From: Epithemia pelagica
Lineage: Eukaryota > Protista > Bacillariophyta
Reading direction: 5' to 3'
Assembly: GCA_946965045.2 (NCBI GenBank)
Contig: OX337234.1
Span: forward strand, 558,001-622,000
DNA length: 64,000 bases
Shown: piece after piece, positions 29,772 to 40,992 of the stretch
Position numbering within the stretch: position 1 is the stretch's first letter
How the letters are laid out: each line of letters begins with the position of its first letter
The notes under the pieces: generated by a model
What the model was told of the DNA's origin: nothing
Databases searched by the model: none
The model's input: the letters and a program-made list of their open reading frames with translations, nothing else
Translations under genes and position numbers: made by a program

Positions 29772-32653
29772 CTAGGAAGTTTGACCTTTGGATTTTCGCC
29801 TTCGCGCCATGGCTCCAAAAATACCTCTATTGGATCTCTTTGTCTTGTGAGTCTGTGCAATCTTGTCCTTTTCGGTATTTGTTCTCCTTCTTGTCGGCGC
29901 AGTGCTGTTTCTATCTTGGGATTCCATAGTAGTGGCGGATGAAAGACTGGACCGACGAACAAAGGAGGCACAGCGCTCTTCGCGACGACGACGATTCCGT
30001 GGCGTTGCGGGACTTCCCAAACCTGCACGCTGAGACGACTGACCGACAAGAGCCAGTCTTCCTTCAAGTTTCGCAATGCAATCTTCCAAGGCATCGGAAA
30101 TACTAAAATGTAACTTGATCAACTCCATGTGCTCATAGGCCGCCACTTGTCCCACCTGAATGCAACGCTTGATTTCGTCGGTAGAAGGGTCGGTAAGCAA
30201 CTATAAGCAGCACCGAGAGAAAGAAACAAACAAAAAAACTTGAGCGAGCACTACGCAACGACCAAGGGCTTTGTGGTAAAACCGGAAATAGCGAATCTGC
30301 GTACCTTGAAATAGTCGGTCACGGAAATTTGAGGCACAATTGTGGTCGATACCTCAAATTCCTGAGTCATCAAGCTGGAAGTGAAACCCACGGCAGCATC
30401 CAAGTCTTTGAGAAAGACAAACTTGGATTTCATATCATTCTATATATCGGCCACATAGAATTGTCAAAACAACGGAGGCTCTTGTCAGATATCTCGCATG
30501 GCCGGTTGAACCAACTGATGGAATCATGCACAAACAAACAAACAAACAAACATACCTTAAGATACATTTCCAAAGCGGCCAACACAAAACCGCCACGCCA
30601 GGAATGCTCCTGATCTCCACTGGACCATCGACTTGGTCGGCCAACGCCACCCTGTGGATTAAAGAAGAAGGGCACAACGTGTGGATTGCATTGCGAGGCA
30701 ATCACAAATTGAACATTCAAGGTTTCGGCCAAGCCACTCGCAGGAATGTCCTGTCGAATGGAACCTGATAAGTGACAAAACGAGCACATGGTCAAGGTCA
30801 ATGGTGAGTGTCCATCCAACATGCATTTGGACTCTATCTATTAGCTAGAGATATCAGTTCACACGTACCATCGTAATAGGTTTGATCATGTTGTCCATAA
30901 TCTCGAATGATACCCTTGGAATCCTTGTATTTCAAGCGTACCGGTGGAAGAAATCCCTGTACGGCACATGTGGCCAACAAGGCGCTGACAATGGTCACAT
31001 GAGGCGCCGACAAGTAATTGATTAGAACCGGCGGAGCCTTTTTGCAAGTACTGGACAGAGTAATGCAAAAGATTCGACCCGTCCGTCGATAGGCTTCTTC
31101 AAAGGTCATGTCCCCATTGGTAAACCTGTTTCGTTTTTAAAAGAAAAGACCACGCACCGTCAGAATTCGCGCACCATCAACCATAGACACGAGCACGCTT
31201 CGGAGACTGTCTCGTATTACCATTTGGCTACTTGTTCCCATTCCGCAAGATCAAACATGGCTCCAGTTTGATACAAACTGTACAGTCGTTGGAGCCAGGG
31301 TCGTTGAAACCACTTGTGGTGGGCCGCCACGAGCCCTGGCTCCGAAACCTCTTGCAATTCGGCATTGGTGTGGGTACAGAAAAAGGCACCGGCAATACTT
31401 CCAGAACTGGTCCCGGTAATGATGCGGGGCAACATGCCTTGACGAGCCAATGCCAAAATGACACCAATGTGATAAAAGCCCATGTTGCCACCACCACTCA
31501 AACAGAGTGCGGTCCGACCATAGGACGCTCGAGCTCGTTTCAAGACGGACAAGACCAATCGACAAGGATCCTGAGCGTCTTCCGAAACACTGTCTTGAGA
31601 ATCCAGATCGGCAAACGAAGGCGCATCCAACGGAATGGATGCTTCCCTTTCCCAATCCTTGTCGTTATAGTTTTCTTGCCCTGTTGGTCGCATACTGCGA
31701 TTCGTTTCTTGTTGTTTCAGGCGGAGGGCTTGATCTGTCACAAACTGCAAGGTTTCAATCACTTGCTGCAAAAAATCCTGGACGGGTCATTTGGGTTGCC
31801 CCTGCCCCGTATTGGAAAAGGAAAACAAGTCACTGCTCATGATACCGCCGACATTGGGACCTCGCAGACATTGCTGTAAAATGGCCAGAATGTGATGGAG
31901 TTGTGCCGTCGTCCTCAAGGTCTTTGGTTGTTGTGGTGCCAGTTGCAATTTGGTTTGCAATCCCTGGACCAGTCGCCAATTGTAATGAGATGAATCATCC
32001 CAAGTTGTAGGCTTGTCCTCATCGTTCTGGTCAAGCCTCCTAGTATTCCGTTCACTGATGTCGTTCATGCCTCGTTGTTGCTGTGGTGGTTTTGGCAAAT
32101 TTCCTTCTCCATACTCGGATGATGATGACGAGGCAAGCGAGCTAGTAGGCGAAAGGGAGGGAGGTTGGCGCCAGTCCTCCTCCGCCTCTTTGACATTTGC
32201 GGTACGGTTGGTTGGTGCAGAAATGTATGATTTGGTTGCCTGGTCCTTTTTGGAAGACGGTTGCAACAGCCACACGTGTCGGTTTTGCGATTCATCCAAG
32301 GCGGCGGCCAAATTGTACCATTCGGAATAGGATTGTGCATTGGCCATGGCACGTCGCAACTGCCGATGCTTGGGTGTCGCCACCATTGCTTCGGCCACGC
32401 GAATGAGCAATCGAATCAGTATATAAACTAGCAGTTCGATTCCAATCATGACATTAATCAGGACCAACACGGGCCATTTGAGCACCTTGCCGGACCAACC
32501 ATGAAGTCGACCCGGAATTATGGACACGATCAAAACGGTCCACACCATACCTAGAATGAGGTTCGTACTGTGGCGACTCCACCACCACCAGGTCCCAGAG
32601 GATTGCCCCAACATTTCGTCACTCATGACGGTCTCATCATGATTGGCATCCAT
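29772..32653 (-). pseudogene. Patatin-like triacylglycerol lipase (SDP1/TGL3-5 family), 5 exons, with one in-frame TGA
   Basis: Motifs: DUF3336-like A.SYSEWYNLAAALD, GRTALCLSGGG, GTSSGS (GxSxG), MTFEEAYRRTGR and YYDGSIRQDIP. GT-AG introns at 31126-31220, 30765-30868, 30440-30555 and 30201-30304 join the frames cleanly. TGA at 31787-31789 (QPK*PVQDF) lies upstream of the catalytic motifs, with no splice sites around it. Confidence 0.85.
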
Positions 32654-32897
32654 TTTCGGAATCAAGGAATGAGGCTGTGTACTATAGTAGTGCCGTTCCG
32701 GTTCTCTCTTGTGTGCTAATTGGATGCTCTCTCTCTCTAGAAAGAATCTGTGTGGCGCCATGAAGCATGAACGCAATGAGAGTTTCATCCATGCTTGATT
32801 AGACAGAGAGGATGACAGAATGAGAAAGTGTGGTGTAATGCACATACAACGACAGGATACCCGGTTGTCCATTCCATTCGGAATCGGCATTCGGAAT

Positions 32898-33137
32898 TGA
32901 ATAAATAATCACGGGCGCCCCCGTTGTAACCTACGAAGGGCCTCGCTATGCCTCGCTACGTATCGCCTGGCATCGCCCGGCCCCTAGTTATGTGTTCGCT
33001 AGGGGGTACCGTGGTCGCTGTTTGGCCCCTACGTGAGCGATTTGCCCCCAAAGGGCACCCCTAGTTTAGTTACCATAATTTCTGATAGTTTGATTGTTGC
33101 AAGCCGTATTTTGCGTCTGGCCGTCAGTTTTTATTCA
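32898..33137 (+). repeat. 5' LTR
   Basis: Matches 40069-40308. Followed by GTTTATCAGACC, only partly similar to a tRNA-iMet primer binding site. Confidence 0.95.
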
Positions 33138-33632
33138 GTTTATCAGACCCAAGTCTGTTGTTCCCCCACTGTTCGCCGGACGGCAAGCGCCTGATCAACG
33201 CTCGAGAGTTGTTCGCGCTAAGCGGCTTCGTCACTCGCTCGCTTGCGTCATCTCTGTGACTTGTTTTTGTCACTGTGGAACCCACTCGCTAATTTGTGAC
33301 TTGCGACTGCACAACGTACCGTGCACGTGTTCGTACACGTGGACCGTCCATCCACGCGCGCCGTACGACTCAATCATATAAGCCTGCTGGCTTTTGACAC
33401 GTGCCTGCTTGCTCGCGGAATCGCTGGTTCGCCGACTCGCGGATTCGCCGATCGCCAGCTCGCTCGCTCGCGGAATCGCCGGACGACTACTCGCCGATTC
33501 ACTCGCAGATTGTTGGCTCACAGAAATTCGCTCCTCTCATCTCAATTGCAAATTTCTGCACAAGAACAAGCCTTCCCTTGCCATCCGTTTGACCTTCTAC
33601 TACCCTCCTACCCTTCATCCGACCCTTGAACC

Positions 33633-35711
33633 ATGGCCGCAAATGCCTTCCGTACTGCACTGGGCCGCTGCGGCTACGACAATGCCACCGTTGGGTACCT
33701 AACGCAACAGGGCTTCACAACAACGGATCAGTTCCTGGAGTTTCCCATCAACGAAGTCAAGCCCATGCTGAAGACATTAGCCAAGAACCTACCCGACGGT
33801 GTTACTCTACCCTACCAGTTCAACCTGAAGTTCCTTGGCTTCCGAATGTGGTTGGAATATCGTTCTGTCCGTGGTCAGGACCTTGATGCTGGTGGTTATA
33901 CTGGTGACGTAATCACCAAGTGGATGAAACGCGTAACGGAACTCGCGAATGCCACCACCACTGATGGTCAGGATGACCCAGTACCACCCAAAAGGCTAAC
34001 GAACCTTGCCGATTGGGAACGTCACGACGGAATGTGGCGCACGTACTTGGGTCAGCACCGTAATCCGACAACGGGAGTGCCGCTCACCTACGTATTGCGT
34101 GAGGAGTCCGACGTACCGGACGACGCACTAACCGCCGATTACGACTGCATTGACGACGACCTAGTCGCGACCACTCGTCATGAGGGGGATCAGTACAAAG
34201 CCGACCGACGCAGAGTGTATGAGCTGTACTACCCACTTATCTACGATGGCCCGGCATGGACGTTTGCCAAAACGCATGCGAAATCGAGGGACGGCCGTGA
34301 GGCCTACCTAACTGTCAAGAGGCAAGCCACTGGACAGGCCGCGAGCATCCTGCGCAAGAAACAGGCTTATGCGCAGATCGCAAATGCTAAGTTTACAGGA
34401 CGAGGGAAGTACCGCTTCCATGACTACATCCACCGTCACCAACATGCGCACAACACCCTGGAAGAGCTTGGCGAAACGGTCGCGGAAACGAAAAAGGTGA
34501 CCGATTTCATGAATGGGATCACCGATCCGACGCTCGTCCAAGCCAAAACCGTCGTCAACGGTGACCAGGAGAAGTTGGAGAACTTCGAAGCGTGCCAGCA
34601 ATACTTTTTGACTGTGCACAGTGCCGCGAAGACCGAAACGCAGGACGACTCTCGCAAGATCGCCGCTGCCGGTACCACCCCAAGCAAAGGAAAGGGAAAA
34701 GGGCGCAATCAGAAAAAGAGCAAGAAGAAGAAGGACCGCGTTCATGCTGGTCACTACGATGCCGACGAATGGGCAGACCTGACGGAGGACGAACGCAAAC
34801 AAGTCCTGGCTCTTCGCAAAGAGCGTAAAGAAAAGCGGAAGCTTGGATCCGTCACCACAGACGACTCTTCCAACGCATCGTCGAAGAGATCGAAAACGTC
34901 GCATGGGAGTACTGTTGAGGACGCAATCTCAGTAGACATTGACGAAGACGACGCCAAGCCGGAGGCTAAGACCAACGTATCGGTCATTATGGAAGTAGAC
35001 GAGAGCTTGCTTGACTCCTCTGTTGACAACGTACCGTCGCCAGACAAGCACTCTAAGTTCCGCGCTTCCGCCTCACCCGCGAAATCATCCGACGATGATT
35101 CGCAGCCGACAAAGTCCTCAGCTGGCAACAGCTTTGGACGTTTCGCGCATAAGGCTAAAGCACAACCGAACGAACCCGGATCTGCGTCCGTCAAATCCGT
35201 ACGTACTCGCCCCATGGGGGAATACGAGACTTATCCACCGATGTGGCAATGGGAGGAGGACGGACGTCCCGATATGAGTCATATGACCATCCCTCCAGTC
35301 CCGGAACACGGCGACATCTTCGTGAGGCTGCCGCTACCGGTCAAAGGCAAGTACGCTGAAGGGACTCGTAACGTCCGCTCACTTACCAAGCATGACCAAA
35401 GTATGCTGAAAGGAAGCTTCCGCGAAGAGATCGACACTATTGTCCACAATAGTCCAGTTTGGTCTTGGCGCTGGTCTAAAATGTCAGGCCATGAACGTGA
35501 AGAGCGCCAAATGTACTATGTGTGCAAACGCTTAGTCGAGCACACGGAAGTGTTCGACGAAGCTTTAAAATACACTATGCTTGCTAATGGACAATTGGCT
35601 GCCGCAGAGCGAAGGCGTAATGTATGCGGTCGTTATTCCGCCGATCTCGAGTTCGATGTCCGTGACCCGAATGTCTCTGACAAGTCTGCCGACCTGTCTC
35701 CTTCCTCCTGA
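33633..35711 (+). CDS. Copia gag (extended at the C-terminus)
   Basis: 692-aa ORF with CoDi-like gag motifs (TGVPLTYVLRE, DGREAY, VTDFMNGITDP, GHYDADEWADL). Confidence 0.85.
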   Translation: MAANAFRTALGRCGYDNATVGYLTQQGFTTTDQFLEFPINEVKPMLKTLAKNLPDGVTLPYQFNLKFLGFRMWLEYRSVRGQDLDAGGYTGDVITKWMKRVTELANATTTDGQDDPVPPKRLTNLADWERHDGMWRTYLGQHRNPTTGVPLTYVLREESDVPDDALTADYDCIDDDLVATTRHEGDQYKADRRRVYELYYPLIYDGPAWTFAKTHAKSRDGREAYLTVKRQATGQAASILRKKQAYAQIANAKFTGRGKYRFHDYIHRHQHAHNTLEELGETVAETKKVTDFMNGITDPTLVQAKTVVNGDQEKLENFEACQQYFLTVHSAAKTETQDDSRKIAAAGTTPSKGKGKGRNQKKSKKKKDRVHAGHYDADEWADLTEDERKQVLALRKERKEKRKLGSVTTDDSSNASSKRSKTSHGSTVEDAISVDIDEDDAKPEAKTNVSVIMEVDESLLDSSVDNVPSPDKHSKFRASASPAKSSDDDSQPTKSSAGNSFGRFAHKAKAQPNEPGSASVKSVRTRPMGEYETYPPMWQWEEDGRPDMSHMTIPPVPEHGDIFVRLPLPVKGKYAEGTRNVRSLTKHDQSMLKGSFREEIDTIVHNSPVWSWRWSKMSGHEREERQMYYVCKRLVEHTEVFDEALKYTMLANGQLAAAERRRNVCGRYSADLEFDVRDPNVSDKSADLSPSS

Positions 35712-38700
35712 TGGAGTGTGCCCTGTGTATCCGCTGCCGAAGCAGTAAAAAATGATAAAACGAATCTTATTGTTCAATCGAATGCACATGTAGGCACCCA
35801 TTATAGTTATTCTAAACGTTTCGCACATCGTCTATGTGCTATGAACACCGACGAATATGGTGTTGAGACCATTGAGCTCACCTGTGAGTTGGACTCACAC
35901 GCGGACACCTGTGCCGTGGGAAGAGACTTCGTAATGATCTCCGAAGCCCACCGCTATATCAGTGTGCATCCGTTCGCGGAGGAATATAATCCGCTGACCA
36001 ATGTCCCTATTGCGACTGTCGCTACTGTCTGGACCGACAGCGAAAACCAGTCTTACTTGCTTGTTATCCACCAAGCATTGTTTTTAGGCGACCGTATGGG
36101 CAGTTCGTTACTCTGTCCGAACCAAATGCGTGCCCATGGCATCGTTGTCAACGACGTACCAAAACAGTTTGACCCGCACAGCACGCATAGTATCCACGTA
36201 CCGGATGCCGATCTCACCATCCCTCTCACCATGGCTGGTGTGATAAGTGGTTTCGCCACTCGCAAACCCACTTCTGACGAGCTGGAACACTTGCCACAAG
36301 TTGTGCTAACTGCCGATAGCCCATGGCAACCTCGTTCTGCCGCCTTTGCGGACGCGGAGGAGAAACTGGGTGTAGCTGCCGCTACTGCCGTTCGCAATGG
36401 CGATCCGAATTCGATTGCCGCATCCTCCATTCCACGACTCATCAAAGCAGTGCGAACGTACCAGCATGCTTTTGCCAATCCATCACCCAATCTGGACGCC
36501 GACGCACATGGCGACGACCTGTACGAACGCTTGATCGCGACGGTCACTGTTCATCCAGAGAAGGAGGAGCCTGATGTAGTCCCGGAGGACAAACGTGAAC
36601 GTCGGCTGTACATGCTCAAGACAGCTAAAGAGTCTTCCCCAGCCGATCCTGCTGGAAAGGGAGTGCTTGACGCAGCCGTACTGTCACAACGTTGGGGCAT
36701 TGGTTTACCCAAAGCGAAGAATACGCTTAAAGTGACGACGCAGGCTGGAGTACGAAACGTATTAATCCCATCTGAGCGTAAGGTCCGTAAGAAGGCACCG
36801 TGGCTCAAATTCCCCAATGTGAAAGGCCGTTGGTTCTCGGATGAGATGTTTGCCAAGGAAGTATCACTGAACGGGGACACGGGCGCCTCGATCTTTACAG
36901 ACGGCAAAGGATTCGACCACGTTTATCCCTGGAAGTCGAAAAAACAACATCCTGAAGGATTGATGTCTTTGATTCACAATGTAGGGATTCCTCAAACAAT
37001 GGTATCTGATGGTGCCCGAGAATTGTTCCTAGGGAAGTCCCGTGAAATATGCAACGAGTACCGCATAAAGATGGAGAAAACGGTTCCTTATAGTCCATGG
37101 CAGAACGCCGCCGAAGCGAGCATTCGTGAACTAAAAAAGGGAGTTGTCAAAATTATGAGGACGACCGGCGCACCACGACGTTTATGGAGCTATGCTCTTA
37201 AATGGTGCTCACACGTACGGCAACTCACGGCATCCGATATCCCTGAATTAGATGGACGTACACCGTTCGAGCATGTAATTGGCTCAACGCCAGACATCTC
37301 TCCATTAGCCATGTTCCAATTCTATCAACCGGTGTATTATCGCATGCCCATGGCACAGTTTCCCTTCGAAAAAAGACTGATTGGCCGATGGTTGGGCTTA
37401 GCCGATGACTGCACCGATGATATGGCCTATGAAATCCTAACGCAAGAGGGCAATCATGTCACACAGAAAGATGTGTGGGCCATTCCGGAAGACGACCTGA
37501 AGAATCCGACGATTCATCAGCAGTTGTTGGACTATGATGCTGCTATTCAAACGCAAATGAAAGAGCCGCCATCTGATGGCACAACTGGGAGCGATCCACC
37601 CCCAGACCTCTTTGACGAAGGTGAACTTCTAGAGCCCTTGTTCCCAGAGGCCGAAGCCCTGGAATCCGACGCGTACACGCCGGAGGAACTAGACGAATAT
37701 CTCACCGCTGAAGTCATGCTGCCGCGAGGAGGTGAAAGCGCTCGAGCGAAAATCATTGGACGCACGAAAGATGCTCATGGGCGACCTATTGGTGAGCGCG
37801 ACGCAAACCCAATCCTCGATACCCGGTACTACGACGTACAGTTTCCGGATGGATCGGTCGAGTCGTATGCAACCAATATGATCGCAGAGAATCTGTATTC
37901 GCAAGTTGACCCGGAGGGCAATGCGTTCAACACATTGAAAGCCATTGTGGGTCACCGCAGTGATGAGACCGCAGTTAAGCGAACAGACGCATCGTTCCTT
38001 GACGGCACATCACACCACACAACGAAAGGCTGGGAATTGCAATGTGAACTGTCCGATCAATCGACTGTTTGGCTGCCGCTCAAAGACGTCAAGAATGGAA
38101 ATATGATTGAAGTCGCCGAATACGCAGTATCCGCTGGCATCGCAAAAGAACCTGCGTTCGCATGGTGGGTGCCACGTGCACTTCGCAAACGAGACCGCAT
38201 TATCAAAAAGGTAAAGTCACGTTATTGGAAGCGAACGCACAAGTATGGTATTGAGCTGCCCCACTCTGTAGAAGAAGCCCTGGCGATTGACCGCCGAACG
38301 GGGACTGACTTCTGGCGCAAGGCTATTGAGAAAGAAATGAAGAACGTTGGCATTGCTTTCGAATTTCCAGCTGATGGCGAAGTGCCTTCTGGATACAAGC
38401 ATATTCCTTGTCATATGGTTTTTGATATCAAATCAGACCTGCGACGAAAAGCACGGTTAGTGGCCGGAGGCCACAAAACTGATCCACCCAAAGAATCGAC
38501 CTATTCTAGTGTGGTATCACGCGATAGCGTACGCATTGCTTTTACTATCGCCGCACTAAATGGTCTAGATGTTCTCGTCGGGGACGTGCAAAACGCATAT
38601 CTCAACGCACCGACTAAAGAGAAGACCTATACCACCGCGGGACTCGAATTTGGACCAGATAAGGTTGGACAACCTGCACTGATAGTGCGCGCATTATATG

Positions 38701-39947
38701 GTCTCAAAAGTTCCGCCGCAAGGTGGCGTGATCACATCGCCGCAACGCTGCGCGATATGGGATTTAAGATGTGTCAAGCTGATCCGGATGTATGGCTTCG
38801 AGCGAACACTTGACCATCTGATGGGTTCCAGTATTACGAGTATGTTTTGGTCTATATTGATGATCTGCTGATTGTTAGTCATGATCCCAAAACCGTGATG
38901 CAGGACCTGCAAAGGCGCTATACAATCAAGCCCGACAGTATCAAACCGCCAGACGAATACTTGGGATCCGAAATACGGCGTTATACCATACCCGACACGC
39001 AAGATCCGTTGAACCGTGATCGTTGGGCCATGTCCGCTGACAAGTATTGTAAGCGTGCTCTTGCCGAAGTCGAAACGGAACTGGAGAAATCCGGAGAAAA
39101 GCTGAAGTCAAAAGTGACGACGCCGATCGCCGATGGATATCGCCCGGAATTGGATGCGACTCCTGAACTCGACGCAAGACGCGCGAACTATTACCAAGGA
39201 CTGATCGTTATTCTCCGTTGGATTGTTGAACTCAGTCGTATCGACATTACAACCGCAGTCTCCCATATGTCCCGTTTTATGGCGAATCCACGAGAAGGAC
39301 ATCTCGAGCAAACGTTGCACATCTTCGCGTATCTGAAGAAGTACGATAAATCCGCCATTGTGTTCGACGACACAACCCCTGACTTCGACGAGTCACGTTT
39401 TACCCGACCGGATTGGTCTGAGTATTATCCTGATGCTGCCGAGCCGATTCCGCCAAACGCACCAGTACCGCGTGGAAACGCTGTCACCACGACTTGCTTT
39501 GTCGATGCTGATCATGCTGGATGTCGTGTCACACGGCGCTCTCAAACAGGAGTCCTACTGTTCTTGCAACGAGCACCGATCATGTGGTATTCAAAACGAC
39601 AAAACACTGTTGAGACGTCTACATTTGGCAGTGAGTTCGTGGCGATGAAAACTGCCATTGAAATGATTGAAGCATTTCGTTATAAGTTGCGAATGATGGG
39701 TATCCCGTTGCATGGAGAGACGAATGTGTTTTGCGACAATGAATCTGTGTTTAAGAACTCGACGCAGCCGGAATCAGTCCTAAAGAAGAAGCACAACGCA
39801 ATTGCTTATCATCGGACTCGTGAAGCGCAAGCTGCTGGACTTGTGCGCATTGCATGGGAAGAAGGTGAAACGAATCTTGCCGATATCCTAACCAAACTGC
39901 TACCCGGACCTCGATTGCGATTCCTGGCCCAACGTATCATGTGGTAG
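35712..39947 (+). CDS. Copia pol (protease-integrase-RT-RNase H), in frame with gag and interrupted by TGA at 38811-38813
   Basis: PR ELDSHADT; IN FSD..VSDGARE..WQNAAE; RT RKARLVAGGH, GDVQNAY, ALYGLKSS, VYIDD; RH FVDADHAG, ETSTFGSEF, FCDNES, NLADILTK. ORFs 35718..38813 and 38847..39947 share one frame. Confidence 0.93.
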
Positions 39948-40068
39948 CACCCCTTTTAGATCCAAAATTGGATCGCCCCTTTTGAAGAATAGTCCGACGT
40001 ACTGGACCGGCCTCTGCTGACATGACGAACTAAACGAAGTTGCCCACCCCGATTTTGTTCGCGGGGAC

Positions 40069-40308
40069 TGAATAAATAATCACGGGCGCCCCCGTTGTAA
40101 CCTACGAAGGGCCTCGCTATGCCTCGCTACGTATCGCCTGGCATCGCCCGGCCCCTAGTTATGTGTTCGCTAGGGGGTACCGTGGTCGCTGTTTGGCCCC
40201 TACGTGAGCGATTTGCCCCCAAAGGGCACCCCTAGTTTAGTTACCATAATTTCTGATAGTTTGATTGTTGCAAGCCGTATTTTGCGTCTGGCCGTCAGTT
40301 TTTATTCA
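40069..40308 (+). repeat. 3' LTR
   Basis: Matches 32898-33137. Confidence 0.95.
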
Positions 40309-40992
40309 GAATGTTTATGTTACGTCATCTCCTCTCAGTAAAAATGTGTGTACAGTGTACAGATTCTCGTACTCTGGCTCGTCGGTCTCGCGGCTGTATC
40401 TCGCGCGTAGGTCAGACGCTGTGCGCGCGACGAGGATGCTAGCACTTCCGAGAATGGCAAACCTCGCCCTCATTTTGGGAATTGGGACTTCATCATCTAA
40501 TATCACTGGTCACAGCCTTGTATATCACTCGATAGAGATTCAGTTTCCAAACGCTGGAATGGCAAAACGAATGATAGAACAAGGGTCCTTCTTCGTAAGT
40601 TGTCGCTTTCCTTGGGGTGAATTGTCTGATTTGCACCATGTGCGGGGTGGCATCCAAAACGACGTTTGTTTCTTGACGCGCTGGACCCAACCATATTGAA
40701 ATCTACAAACACGGTCCTCATCCAAAAATCTATTGTCGATTACGTCATGGCAGCTACGTGATCTATTGTTTCCTTTCCCTTGGAAGTAAAGGCAATTTCA
40801 AAAGGTAGTCTAGATTGTACAATAACCTCTTTGCCTTTTTTGTTTGGTTGGTACTGTGGGCTCGGTCGAGACGGTTCCATGGTCTCTTTGGTTCGAGTCG
40901 TGAAAAAGAGTCCTCTTTCTCGTCGTCCATCGACACATACGTGTGCCGCACATTCTGGCTTGCTATCGTGGTCGTCCACGTACCTACTCTTG

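Larger units (their letters stand above)
32898..40308 (+). mobile_element. Full-length Ty1/Copia LTR retrotransposon of the CoDi (diatom Copia) type
   Basis: 240-bp TG..CA LTRs at 32898-33137 and 40069-40308 are identical by eye, with 8-bp terminal inverted ends TGAATAAA/TTTATTCA. Flanking duplication GAAT. Domain order gag-PR-IN-RT-RH; purine-rich tract before the 3' LTR. Confidence 0.96.

Noticed and set aside
31787-38813. In-frame TGAs as a reassigned codon (Trp/Sec) or alternative genetic code
   Set aside because: Where paralogues exist the TGA aligns to CGA (Arg), TGA is used as a normal terminator elsewhere, and TAA/TAG lesions also occur.
40315-40725. Protein-like fragments on the minus strand next to the 3' LTR
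   Set aside because: They are broken across frames and I could not assign a family or link them to the other side of the insertion.
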